This document shows, piece by piece, positions 1-12,218 of a DNA stretch of 64,000 nucleotides. The DNA lies in assembly GCA_951406725.2 (NCBI GenBank), contig OX597834.1, positions 20,336,001 through 20,400,000 on the forward strand. The letters are read 5' to 3'. This DNA comes from Octopus vulgaris (lineage: Eukaryota). Positions within the stretch are counted from its first letter, which is position 1. Every line of letters begins with the position of its first letter. A program made the translations under genes and the position numbers. The notes beneath the pieces were generated by a model that saw only the letters and a program-made list of their open reading frames with translations, made no database searches and had not been told where the DNA came from.

Positions 1-139
1 TGATATTATTATTATTATTGTTGTTGAATGCACTGGTTCTTGTCCAAACATGACTAGTGAGGTAAATCCGAAGTGTGGTTATTGCTAGTTGAAAAATTAT
101 TATTATTATCATCATCATCATCATCATTATTATTATTAA

Positions 140-356
140 GGTGGTGAGCTGACAGAATTGTTAGCAAGCCAGGCAAAATGCTTAGTGGTATTTCATCCGT
201 CCTTACATTCTGAGTTCAAATTCCGCTGAGGTCAACTTTACCTTTCATCATTTTGGGGTCGATAAATTAAGTACCAGCGATACACTGTGGATGATGTAAT
301 CAACTCGCCCCACCCCCTTCCAAAATTTCATGCCTTGTGCCTAGAGTGGAAAGGAT
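140..356 (+). mobile_element. tRNA-derived SINE, family A (Nin/Deu-like central domain, (ATT)n tail)
   Basis: Head GGTGAGCTGACAGAATTGTTAGC, B-box-like GAGTTCAAATTCC, central GAGGTCAACTTTACCTTTCATC..GGGGTCGATAAATTAAGTACCAG. The same sequence recurs about 20 times in the window (e.g. 1608, 1949, 7642, 9384, 23724, 48785, 49455, 49895 on +; 22690, 39835, 55900 on -). The Nin/Deu label is recalled similarity. Confidence 0.85.
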
Positions 357-1086
357 CATTGTTATTATGTTCCATTTAACTTACCTAGTCAGTGGCACCA
401 CATATAGTCCACAGTAGACAATAGTCTTTTATTGGTACTGCACAATAACACATGCCCCTTCGTTATTCTCTTACTTCCCCTTTCTTTTCCCCCACCCCAT
501 TGTTGTTGTTGATGTTGTTGCTGTGATCAGTCTTTGTGTTTGGTTGTTGTTTCCATTGTAATTCTAGCCACTGCCTCATTTTTAAGAATCGATCCAGTTC
601 AAACAACAGTGTCCATTTCTGTTCGAGACAACAACGGCATTTATTCTGCTCGTCTCCAAGAGTTTGGCTGGAGAAGAAATAAATACAATACTTCAAACAT
701 GACTGCAGTGAGCCAGCAGGAAAGAAATACCAAAAATTGGCACCCAATTATTGAACAACAAAAACAAAGGGAAGAATTCTACACACCACCACCACCACTA
801 CTGACACTGACACCATCATCACCGCCACCACCACCACTTTCGTTACTATCATCACTATCTCCGCTTGCATCAGCACCATTTTGTCCTGTTGCTTTATAGA
901 TTTGCCAAAACTATTTGTTGTGTTTCTGGTGACTTTATTGAGTTGGCACGGCGCCCATTTGTGCCTTTTCCAAAGTCACGACCTGAAGTGTTGTTCCCAA
1001 ACAATGTTGTACACGACGGAATCACACAGCTAATTGCTGCAAGGCTTCTGCCGCCCGCTCATGCCGAAGTCTTCATTTTTATTTTG

Positions 1087-1089
<3 letters not shown>

Positions 1090-1141
<52 letters not shown>

Positions 1142-1304
1142 TATTATTATTACTATTATTTGTTTTTCTCCATCTGGTGACATTACAAACACAATACTTG
1201 TCTACATTCAAGAATAATGATAGCAACAATGACAGCAGCAGAAACAACAACTACAACAATAATAATAATAATAATAGTAATAATACTACTACTACTACTA
1301 CTAC

Positions 1305-1356
<52 letters not shown>

Positions 1357-1369
1357 AAAAATAATAATG

Positions 1370-1403
<34 letters not shown>

Positions 1404-1445
1404 TAATAATAATAATAATAAAAATAATAATAATAATAATTGCGC
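1090..1445. repeat. (ATT)n/(AAT)n microsatellite cluster
   Basis: Direct trinucleotide runs; they explain the poly-L/N/I/Y ORFs at 865-1519. Confidence 0.95.
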
Positions 1446-1554
1446 CAGTAATAACAATAGCAGCTATAGTGATGCAATGACAGAATTGTAATGAAATAAA
1501 ACCAAAGAGAATTTTTCATTTAGTAGTTTTATATATCATCATCATCATCATCAC

Positions 1555-1608
<54 letters not shown>

Positions 1609-1905
1609 GTTGTCAAGTTGGCAGAATGGTTAGTGCACCAGGCAAAATGCTTATTGGCATGTCTTCCGGCTTGTTATGCTCCGAGTTCAAATACTGTCAG
1701 GGTCAACTTCGCCTTTTGTCCTTCCAGGGCCAAAAAAATATGTAAAATAGATACCAGTCAAGTACTGCAGTTGATGTAATGGATTGCCCCCCCACTCCAT
1801 CCCTCCCCTCAAAAATAACTGGCCTTCTGCCAAAATTTGAAACCACTGTTACAGTCATTATTATTGTTATCATTTTTATTGTTACTATCATTATTATTAT
1901 TATTG

Positions 1906-1948
<43 letters not shown>

Positions 1949-2172
1949 AGTGGTAAGCTGGCAGAAATGTTAGCATGCTGGGCGAAATGCTTAGTGGTAT
2001 TTCATCTGTCTTTACATTCTGAGTTCAAATTCCAACGAGGTCAACTTGGCCTTCCATTTTTTTCAGGATCAATAAATTAAGTACCAGTTGTGTACTGGTG
2101 GGGAGGGGTCGATCTAATTGACTGGACCCCTCCCCTAAAATTTCAGACTTTGTAGCTAGAGTGGAAAAGATT
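1949..2172 (+). mobile_element. SINE family A copy
   Basis: Matches 140-356 along its length; flanked by (ATT)n on both sides. Confidence 0.85.
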
Positions 2173-3261
2173 ATTATTATTATCATTATTATTATTATTA
2201 TTATTATTATTGCTACTGTTATTGCTTATTATAATCCAAAATGGAATTTTCAAATTCGAAACCATTAGATTGCAGAGGTGGAAATCTTTGGCGAACAACT
2301 ATGCAAGCATAAGTTTGTATACAATTGACAGTGTATATAAAATTCTTGATTATCAAAAGATCCTTTGTGCTGAACTTTCATAATTCTATCAAATTCCATT
2401 CCTTTGCATCATTTCCGTTTCCTGAAGTGAAAGAATGGTGAAGAAACGTATACATATTCTTTGATAAATTCATGAATAGTTTCGAATTCTGAAAAGAAAA
2501 TTCATTCAAATAATCATGACCTGCTGTTTAGCGTCAGGTTGACTCCAGATTCTACTTGTTTCAAGATAATTGGTTCTCAATAACTATAAGATGTGGAGGG
2601 CAGGTGAGGGTGGATAAAGGCCATGAAAGAATACAGGGGCCTTTTCTTCTTGTTCATTTTATGTTAGTGAAAAATGAAAGACAGAACGTTAACATCCATA
2701 GTGCTGATGTCTGGCTAAACTGTGAGTGTATACGGTTTAGCTGCTGATGACCTGATCATATAAAAGGATGTACTGGACTAAAGGTTATCTGTAGCACTTG
2801 TAAATTAATTGATGTCGTAGATAGATATATGTATGTGATGATTGCTTCATCTTGTCATTTGAGAGCTAGTTGACAATGAGCCTGATTCTTCTGATTTACT
2901 CTCATCTTTGCATGTGCACGGATAAGACTTTTCACTCCAACACATCTATAAAGTCTTGGGACTTTATAAAATAGAAAATGAATCACTAAAAGAAACGATG
3001 GTAAGATATATGTACATCATTGGGTTTAAGTGACAAAAGCTTGCACAACACTTTTGCCACTCTCTCGGTCACCATAACATGTTCTGGTGGCCAGATTGCA
3101 AAATGATGAGTACTATTTTGATTGCAAGTTTTATGTCAGGGTCTCCTTCTCCCAGAAGAGCTGCCTTCCCTATAACTTTGGCAAAGAACAATGGGAGCCT
3201 TCTCTGATCCTGGGAAATCTGCAGTATTCTGACAGGTCCCTTCAGTTTCAGGTAGAATAAG

Positions 3262-3495
3262 CACTATCCGATCATGGACGTTTGCCAGCCTCGTCTGGCA
3301 CCTGTGCTGGTGGCACATAAAAAGCACCCACTACACTCATGGAGTGGTTGGCATTAGGAAGGGCATCCAGCCGTAGAAACATTGCCAGATCAGACTGGGC
3401 CCTGGTGCAGCCTTCTGGCTTCCCAGACCCCAGTTGAACCGTCCAACCCATGCAAGCATGGAAAGCGGACGCTAAATGATGATGATGATGATGAT
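3262..3495 (+). mobile_element. SINE family C 3' part (Meta/MESC-like domain, (GAT)n tail)
   Basis: TGGCACATAAAAAGCACCCACTACACTC..GGTTGGCATTAGGAAGGGCATCCAGCCGTAGAAAC..CATGGAAAGCGGACGCTAAATGATGATG. Near-identical copies at 3820, 9597, 27450, 58172, 61340 (+) and 13660 (-). Domain name is recalled similarity. Confidence 0.85.
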
Positions 3496-3819
3496 ATATA
3501 ATTATCGCCATCATCATCATTTAACGTCCGTTGCCCATGCTGGCACATGTGTGTGTATGTTTGTGTGCATGTTGCTGTTCTCTGTGTGATACTCTGCGAT
3601 AGATGTAAATGAATGCCACCGTCATACAAGCAGTGTCATTCATTTCTAATATTCTGTGAAAACATGGTTGCCCATGGGGAAATATTGCCTTGCTTGGAAA
3701 CAGGTGAGGGTCAATGACAGAAAGAGCATCCAGCTATAGAAAATCTGTTTGAAACATGTAAAACTGGAAAATTAGACACTAAAACGATGATGATGACGAT
3801 GATGATATATATATATCTT

Positions 3820-4085
3820 GCCTGGCACCTGTGCTGGTGGCACGTAAAAATCACCATCCGATTGTGGCCGTTTGCCAGCCTCTTCTGGCACCTGTGCCGG
3901 TGGCATGTAAAAAGCACCCACTACACTCACGGAGGGGTTGGTGTTAGGAAGGGCATCCAGCCATAGAAACATTGCCAGATCAGACTGGGCCTGGTGCAGC
4001 CTTCTGGCTTCCCAGACCCCAGTTGAACCATCCAACCCATGCTAGCATGGAAAGCGGATGCTAAATGATGATGATGATGATGGTG
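3820..4085 (+). mobile_element. SINE family C copy
   Basis: Aligns by eye to 3262-3495, ending in (GAT)n. Confidence 0.85.
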
Positions 4086-4695
4086 ATGATATTGCTTTAT
4101 TTTTTTTTTTTTTTTACTAATTCCATAATTGGAATAAAGAAATCAACAGTAAAAAGATAATAGATCTGATAGCAAAAAAAAAAAAAGAATAAAAATATGG
4201 AAATTCACTATCTTTATGTAACATTTCATAATAAAACTGGTTACCATACTTTCACCAAAACAGTCTGTTCAAAGATAGATTTCGGTTCCATGCTCTTAAT
4301 TAATTTTGCTGAATCTCTTGGAATGGATGTCTACTGCTTAATCTTAACTGTGGTCATAGCGTTGTTGATAGAATGCTAACAAAATGTCTGAGAGACGTCT
4401 GAAAAAAAAAGCCAGCTAAAACACTTTTACAAAAACGACAGACGGATGTTTATATTGTTTTATATTATGCAAATTAAGGTTTTTGTGTTGAGAATAAATA
4501 AATTAGAATATTATTGTTTTCTGCTTTTACCATATTTTTTTCTTTTTGTTATATTTTATCATTATTACAAACTTGTTACCAGTTCAAATATGCTTTGAGG
4601 TATATTTTACTGTTCTTAAAAAGGATTTTATCCTATATATATAAATACTGTTCAGTATTTACGTGTTGAGAAAAAATATATATCTTTCTGCTTAA

Positions 4696-4859
4696 ATTAT
4701 TTATATTCAATGGATATTTGTCCTCATCTTGTTTGTTGTTAACACAATGTTTAATATGCCCACTGGCATATGGCGAAATGGTTAAGAGCACGGGCTACTA
4801 ACCCCAAGATTCCAAGTTCGATTTCAAGCAGTGACCTGAACAATAACAACAACAACAAC

Positions 4860-4891
<32 letters not shown>

Positions 4892-5034
4892 CAACATTGA
4901 AAAATACCTTAGGAATGAGAACCCAGGTTCAAAATTTCCCAAAGACACCTGATGAAAGCTGGAGGGTATATCAGCCGAAACTTTGTGTTAACAACAAACA
5001 AGATGAGGACACATATCTGTTGAATGTAAATAAT
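4696..5034 (+). mobile_element. tRNA-headed SINE-like element with Penelope-type tail, hammerhead motif and inverted terminal arm
   Basis: A box TGGCGAAATGG (4771-4781), B-box-like AGTTCGATTTC (4815-4825), (AAC/AAT)n spacer, hammerhead core 4949-4981. Segment 4696-4752 is the reverse complement of 4978-5034 (57 bp, 5 mismatches). Confidence 0.7.
4944..4989 (+). ncRNA. minimal type I hammerhead ribozyme motif (slightly decayed)
   Basis: GACAC-CTGATGA-A-AGCTG[gagggtatat]CAGCC-GAAAC-TTT-GTGTT. Stem I GACAC/GTGTT is 5 bp including one G.U; stem II GCTG/CAGC; core intact; the G expected at 16.2 is replaced by T. Confidence 0.6.
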
Positions 5035-5893
5035 GTACATAATTCCCTATCTCTACAATACATTTCATCACTTCAAAAACAAACTTGTTTGTTTACATAT
5101 AACGTAATATATATATATATATATATAAAGGAGCACGTTATTGCATAATGATTAATAAACTGAAAGTGTAATGAGCAAGAGTTGCAGCAGGAGGCAATTC
5201 AGTAAAAAATAAAATACTGCATAAATGCACTATAAAACAACGACTGCACACCAACATGCATTCCAAATGCAGAAACGCTTTGCAAGTCAAGTTGCATTTG
5301 TTCGTGAACGAATCTTCGTCAGTAAATCATTTAATCCAAATTAATTGCTTCCGATTGTTATGTTGGAATTGTTAGCCAAGTGTCAATCACAGCTGGAGGA
5401 TTCTTAGAATCGATGCCACCGACGAAAGGTGGATGGCATTGGTGCTGGATGCTGGGCGTTGGATGAGATTGTGATGGCGAAGGGAAGGAGGATGTGGTGT
5501 GGGGATGGTGGTTTGGTGTTTAGGGGGTGAAGTAAAGTTTGGCAAAGTTGTATGTGTGTGGTAAGCTAAATATCTAATAAATACGGTGGAGCGATTGGAT
5601 GGTTGGGTAGGATCTGATGGCATTGGTTAAAGGTGTTAACGTGGAATTTGGGTTATCTTCCATGGCACAGTTTGGTGCATTGTGGTGTGGCACAGTGTTG
5701 TGTAGCATGGCACAGAGTGCCTTGATGTGGCATAGTGTCATGTGACACGATACGCTATCAAGTTGGTGTCAGTATCCATGAATGATCTGGCATAGACCAA
5801 GAGAATTTGTGTCTCTCTCTCCTCTGTCTGTCTGATTGTCTGTCTATCTATCTGTCTGTCTGTCTGTCCCTCTCTCTCTCTCTCTCTCTCTCT

Positions 5894-5930
<37 letters not shown>

Positions 5931-5939
5931 TCTGTATAA

Positions 5940-6594
5940 AAGGGGAAGGAAGACATAACTTCTTGTATTCACCCTTCAAATTCTTCGAAAGTTTTTGGTT
6001 TGGTAAAGTAGACTTGCTCCTTCAACCAACCCCAAAGAAAAAATCACTAGGTGTTAAATCAGGGCTTCTGGCCAGCCAATCATGTGGGCCTTGATGACCC
6101 ATCCATCTCTCAGGGAAGCGGGTATTCAGCCATTCACGAACAACAATAGCAAAATGTGGAGGAGTGCCATCTTCAGTATTCTTGCAAGTACTGATAACTG
6201 GCCAGATTTCATCTTGCAGCTTGGTGAGGTCCCTTTCAGTATTCATGGTATTGCAAAGGATGAAAGGATTCCCAATCCTGTCTGAAGTCATTCCATACCA
6301 TAGCATTACCTTGGATCAATTCTGCATCTATTCAGAGGTAATAAAAGGATCTTCTCCTGCCCAGCACTGGCAGTTGTGACTGTTCACAAACCCACTGATG
6401 TGGAATATTGCTTCATCACTCCAGAGGATATTTTTAAAGAGATCAGACAAAATAATCGATCTGACAAGAAAAAGACAACATAGAATCAATTCCTATATAT
6501 TAAAGAACCTGCACATCAAATTTGAGAAAAAAATTATAGTTAATAAATAAATTATAAGCATTTTAAAATAGGAAATTACTTTTCAATAACCCTG
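5940..6594 (-). mobile_element. Tc1/mariner DD41D (rosa/Visitor-type) transposon remnant, internally deleted
   Basis: Minus-strand peptides ILWSDEAIFHISGFVNSHNC (6361-6440) and DGTPPHF..WLARSPDLTPSDFF, with 41 residues between the second and third catalytic D, then W-LKEQVY after a frameshift. Terminus CAGGGTTATTGAAAAGTAA next to TA at 6595-6596. Confidence 0.88.
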
Positions 6595-6723
6595 TACACA
6601 CACTCACACACACACATATATATATATATATATGCATGCATACAGATATACATAGATATATATGTATATATATATTTACATACATAGATATATATATATT
6701 TATATGCATACATACATACATAC

Positions 6724-6837
<114 letters not shown>

Positions 6838-7282
6838 GTGTACATATATCCACCATTGCTAGATATATACATGTGTGTGTGTGTGTGATTAATAATTCCG
6901 CAACAACTGACAACAATAATTTCTTGTATAGTGTAATTACCGTCTTCGAACAGACTGGCAGCTTTTAAATTTAATGTCTTCTAAATGGCCACTCCACCCT
7001 TTGTGGAACTGGATTATAAATATGGAAATAGCAGAACCGGCCGCATCGTTCTATCCTTCGTTGATTCCAGTCAAAGATGACAGGGAAACGTATGAACTGT
7101 AATGATGTATTACTTTATAATCCTTGTGGTTTTATTTCCTTTTAATTCTAATTGTTAAAGGATATGCTGGTTGAGATATAAAGACCTTGCTTATGTGTGT
7201 ATATGTGAGAGGGTATGTGTGTGCAAGTGTACGTGTCTGAATGTGTGCTTTGTTTGTATGTGTATATCTATCTATCTATCTA

Positions 7283-7322
<40 letters not shown>

Positions 7323-8189
7323 GATATATAGTATATATATATATGTGTGTGTGTGTGTGTATATATATCAGTAAATATATTTGTGTACATGTTTGTCTAT
7401 CTCTCTCTCTCTCTCCCTCTCTCTCTATATATATGTGTGTGTGTATATATATATATGCATCTGCATACACATATATATGTATATATAATGTGTATCTGTA
7501 TATATATATCTATATATATCTATATATATGTATATATATGTATATATATATATGAAGGTCATCCAGGTATAAAAACCATGCCAAAGCTGACCTCACCTGT
7601 GCTTGTGCCACATAAAATGTACTCAATCAATTCTTTTCTGCAAGCTGGCAGAGTCAATAGCATGCTGGGAAAAATACTTAGTGGCATTTTCTCTATCTTT
7701 ATGTTCTGAGTTCAAATCCTGTCAGGGTTGACTTTGCCTTTTTATCCTATGGTGGTCGAGGAAATAAGTACCAGTTAAACACTGGGGGTCAATGTAATTG
7801 ACTCAGCCCTTCCCTAAAATTGCCGGCTTTGTATCAAAGCATGAAACCAGTATTAGTGTTTTTTTGTAGTGGTTGTTGTAGTAGTTTTTCTCGGTTCCTT
7901 TCTTTGGTACATCATCGTAGGAAGATTTCCCACTGAGAAATGTTCATCCTGTGAATGCTTCTGCTTGCCGCTGAGTTTAGAAGATTAACCGATTCCTTCA
8001 GAAGAATTTCCACATAATAGATACGGTGGCGCTGAGAAGTGCTTAGGAAATTAGAATCTTCCTGTTTAGTGGAAAGAAACACGTCAAAGAATGTCTCTTG
8101 ATGATAGTGCCAACAACAACAACAACAACAACAACATGTTGTATGCCGCTCTTGCAAATATTTAAATAACCATTCTTTTACTTGAGAGT

Positions 8190-8270
8190 GTGTCAAACGC
8201 ACGCACACACACATACACACATACATACATATATATGTACTTACACACATGCATACATGAATATATATAT

Positions 8271-8321
<51 letters not shown>

Positions 8322-9135
8322 CACCTTTGTACTTATGAACACACTTACACATACACACGTATGAACTTACACACATACATAGATGAATATATATATGTGT
8401 GTGCTTGTATATGTATATAAACACCTCTGTACTTACAAACGCACACATACATATGTACATACATGCACATATGTTACAAACATGCTTATGTATATATGTA
8501 CATACACATATGCATACACATGTATGTGTATAAGCACACAAATATGCATATACACTCACACACACATACAATGCATATAGGCATACAAGGGAACAAAATG
8601 ACATGTATTTGCATACACATTAGTGCTTACACATACACACATACAAACATAATACACACACACATAACACACACACACACACGCAACACACACACACACG
8701 CAACACACACACGCAACACACACACACAACACACACATAACACACACACACATAACACACACATACACACAAATAACACACACATACATAAACATAACAC
8801 ACACACATAATACAAACACATGCATAGTACACACACACACACACAATACACACACATGCGCACACATAGCACACACATAACATGCACACACACAACATAC
8901 ACACATAACCTACACACTCGCACACAGCACACACACATAACACACACACACATAACACACTCACACAACACAGACACACACATAATACACTCACATACAC
9001 ACACACACACAACACACACACATGCACTCACACAGACACATAAATCTGAGACAGAAATGACCTTTGTGTGCATAGACACAACTCTGTGCATATCCACACA
9101 CATATACACACACACCTATACACACACACACACAC
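8190..9135. repeat. compound (TA)n/(CA)n/(TACA)n low-complexity tract
   Basis: Degenerate dinucleotide runs; source of the C/V/Y/H/T-rich ORFs. Confidence 0.95.
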
Positions 9136-9596
9136 TCTCTCATGAAGACGGATTTCTTTCTATAGAATTCTCTTTCTGTTATTGTTCCTGTGTCTTCCTG
9201 AGTTAGATTAGATCAGGCCTAACATCCATTATACATGATTGCAGACATCTATAATACTTATATGCTCACATACATACACGTATGCATAAATACACCCTTT
9301 CATGCATGCGTATATACATATATACACAGGCGGTGGGCAAAAGTAGGTATACATTTACTTAATATGGGTGAAATCTTTAAGATAGCGAGCTGGCAGACTC
9401 GTTAGTGTGTCTGGCAAAATACTCAGGGGCATTTTATCTGTCTTTATGTTCTGAGTCAAATGCTGCCGGGGTTGACTTTGCCGTTTATTCTTTTGGTGGG
9501 GGGTGGGGTTGATGAAATAAGTACCAGTTGAACACTGAGGTCGATGTGACTGACTTATAACCCTCCTCCAGAATTGCTGGCCTTGTGCCAAAATTG

Positions 9597-9965
9597 GCCT
9601 CCGTGCTGGTGGCGCATAAAAAGCACTATCCGATCATGGCCGTTGCCAGCCTCGTCTGGCACCTGTGCCGGTGGCACGTAAAAAGCACCATCCGATCGTG
9701 GCCATTGCCAGCCTCATCTGGCACCTGTGCCGGTGGCATGTAAAATGCACCATCCGATCATGACCGTTGCCAGCCTCGTCTGGCACGTAAAAAGCACCCA
9801 CTACACTCGCGGAGTGGTTGGTGTTAGGAAAGGCATCCAGCTGTAGAAACCCTGCCAGATCAGACTGGGCTTGGTGCAGCCTTCTGGCTTCCCAGACCCC
9901 AGTTGAACCATCCAACCCATGCTAGCATGGAAAGCGGACGTTAAACAATAATGATGATGATGATG
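9597..9965 (+). mobile_element. SINE family C copy with about three tandem ~62-bp internal units
   Basis: Unit GGTGGCACGTAAAAAGCACCATCCGATCGTGGCC(G/A)TTGCCAGCCTCGTCTGGCACCTGTGCC repeated, followed by the family C 3' domain. Confidence 0.85.
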
Positions 9966-10494
9966 GAAGAGGAATGTTCTTATCAGTTCTCTATTTCATT
10001 TTTTAAACCCAAATGATTCATAAATCAATTTAGGGGTCTGCAGGAGATGTCTATTTCATTGGAATCCGTCTCTTTTGATTTCTGGGGACTTTGAGCAGAT
10101 ACTTGAGCCACAGGCATTTTGTTTTCTTTGACCCCTTTCCTGTGCATTACAGACAAACCCAGTTCTATTAACTGTTAACCTCGACAGAGCTGATCTTTGA
10201 AATTCTTCTGTCCTTTTCTGTCCGACCATTTCTATATTCTCTGTTTTCCAGAATTGCATGATGACTCACATTTGTTCATCATTGGTCAAATTGTCAGCCA
10301 TACGATAAAATATCTGAAATTAAGAATAATTGTTTTATTATAGAAAGAATCAGTTTAAAAGAACATAGACTCATAGAATTGATGGTTATCACCACTCAAA
10401 TATGGCAATCCATAGAAGCCAATGTTACAGGCATTTTAACCCCAGCAGGATGTCGCTTCCAGCTGGTTATTCAATGCAATCTGCACCCGATGTA

Positions 10495-10610
10495 CAGGGT
10501 GTTCAAAATGTCTCTCCGCAATGAAGGAAGTGCTCACACGGTAGTAAAAAAGAAATTAAATTTTATGTATTGAAAATGAAGGACGATACTTTCAATACCT
10601 CTTATAAAAT
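10495..10610 (+). mobile_element. isolated Tc1/mariner-type terminal fragment
   Basis: TA-CAGGGTGTTCAAAATGTCTCTCCGCA start is typical of mariner/Tc1 TIRs; no partner TIR seen. Confidence 0.45.
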
Positions 10611-12179
10611 TCTTATTCTAAAACAAGAAATAGAGAAACACAAAGAACATTCTACCCCTGTTAAGTAAGACTATACTTTTTTGTTCCTTCTCGAGCCATA
10701 TACACACATGCACAGCCATACACACACACACACACACATACGAACACACATTGTTAATCTTTATGTTAAGTCGTGTATAAAAAAGCAATCACACATCGAA
10801 CTGAACGACTAAATTATCTTACACATGCTCTTTGAAGCAAATAGTGTGTGAACGATGTGGGTGATTTGGTTGTTATTTCTAGCAGATTGAGCAACTTCAT
10901 AGGGACGCATTTGGCTGCCCGGCTTTTGTGTTTGATGTAATAAGGAAAGATAAAACGACTCATCATTGATTCAAAAGTTATCTGCAGCGTATTAAAATAC
11001 TATTTTAGAGAAGAACATGATGGCATGGAGGGGGGGAGTGGAGAGGAGGTGACGAAGAAGAATAATGTGTCTGAACGTGTGGTGGCGAAAGAGTAGGCTG
11101 GGGGGGGGGGGGAAAGAGAGAGTGAGAGGGGAGAGGAGAGAAGGATTCATCCGAGTTCCTCTTAAACTTACAAAAGAGATAATTAACTGTTTGTGTGAGG
11201 TGTGCGGATGTGTGGTGTGAGGTGAGGCAGGTGCTTGCATATGTGTGTGTGTGTGTGGGGGGGGGAATGCAGGTAACGCCATCACCGCTGCCACCGCCAC
11301 CACCACCACCATCACAACCGTGATATCAAATACGTCATTTTATAACTTCAAATTTCCATATCAACTGGAAAAATATTTTAATTGTGATATACGTATGTGG
11401 TTATATGTATGACATACAGACCGAACACATACACTCACAGATAAACATGCATACATACATACATACATACATTCATACATGCATACATATGTACAGCTAT
11501 GCATCTTAACACATGTAATAATCTTCCCATATATATAATGTTTATATTTTTGCAGGAATATATGCATGTGTGTATGCATGTGTTATGTGTATGTGTGTGT
11601 GTATGTGTATGTGCGTGTGTGTGAATTTATGTAAATATATGTATATATATGTAAATGTATGTGTATATATATATGTATGTATATATATGTATATGTGGGT
11701 ATATATATTCATATATATATGTTTATGCATATATATATGTATGTATATGTATGTATATATATTCATATGTGTGGATATATATTCATATATGTGTGTATAT
11801 GTATATATATATATACATATGTATGTGTATATATTCATGTATATTTATATATATATGATTGTGTGTATATAGTTTGCACATGTATATACCTGTGTATAAG
11901 CACATAGAGTCTAGGTGTCCGTGCATACACATACACACAGAAATACATATGTGCATATACACACATAAATATATACATACACACATGCATAAATAAACAC
12001 ACACCCATACACAAACCTGTACAGTTATACATCCTTACACACATATGCATGCATACACATACACACACACAAATATATATATATATATACATATATTTAT
12101 ACACACTGGGTTTGTATGTATATGATCAGTTTTACAAAATGTAACATCTCTCTCACCCTACCCTTAATGTGTACATATA

Positions 12180-12218
<39 letters not shown>

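Noticed and set aside
865-1080. Non-repetitive start of ORF 865-1491
   Set aside because: It runs into a microsatellite, has no donor site, and no frame on either strand gives a recognisable domain.
3772-4035. Recurring peptide MDGSTGVWEARRLHQAQSDLA (also at 9634 and 27427)
   Set aside because: Antisense translation of family C SINE copies, not a gene family.
4764-4836. tRNA gene with apparent ACT anticodon
   Set aside because: Stems are imperfect, there is no oligo-T terminator, and it continues into a repeat body; treated as a SINE head.
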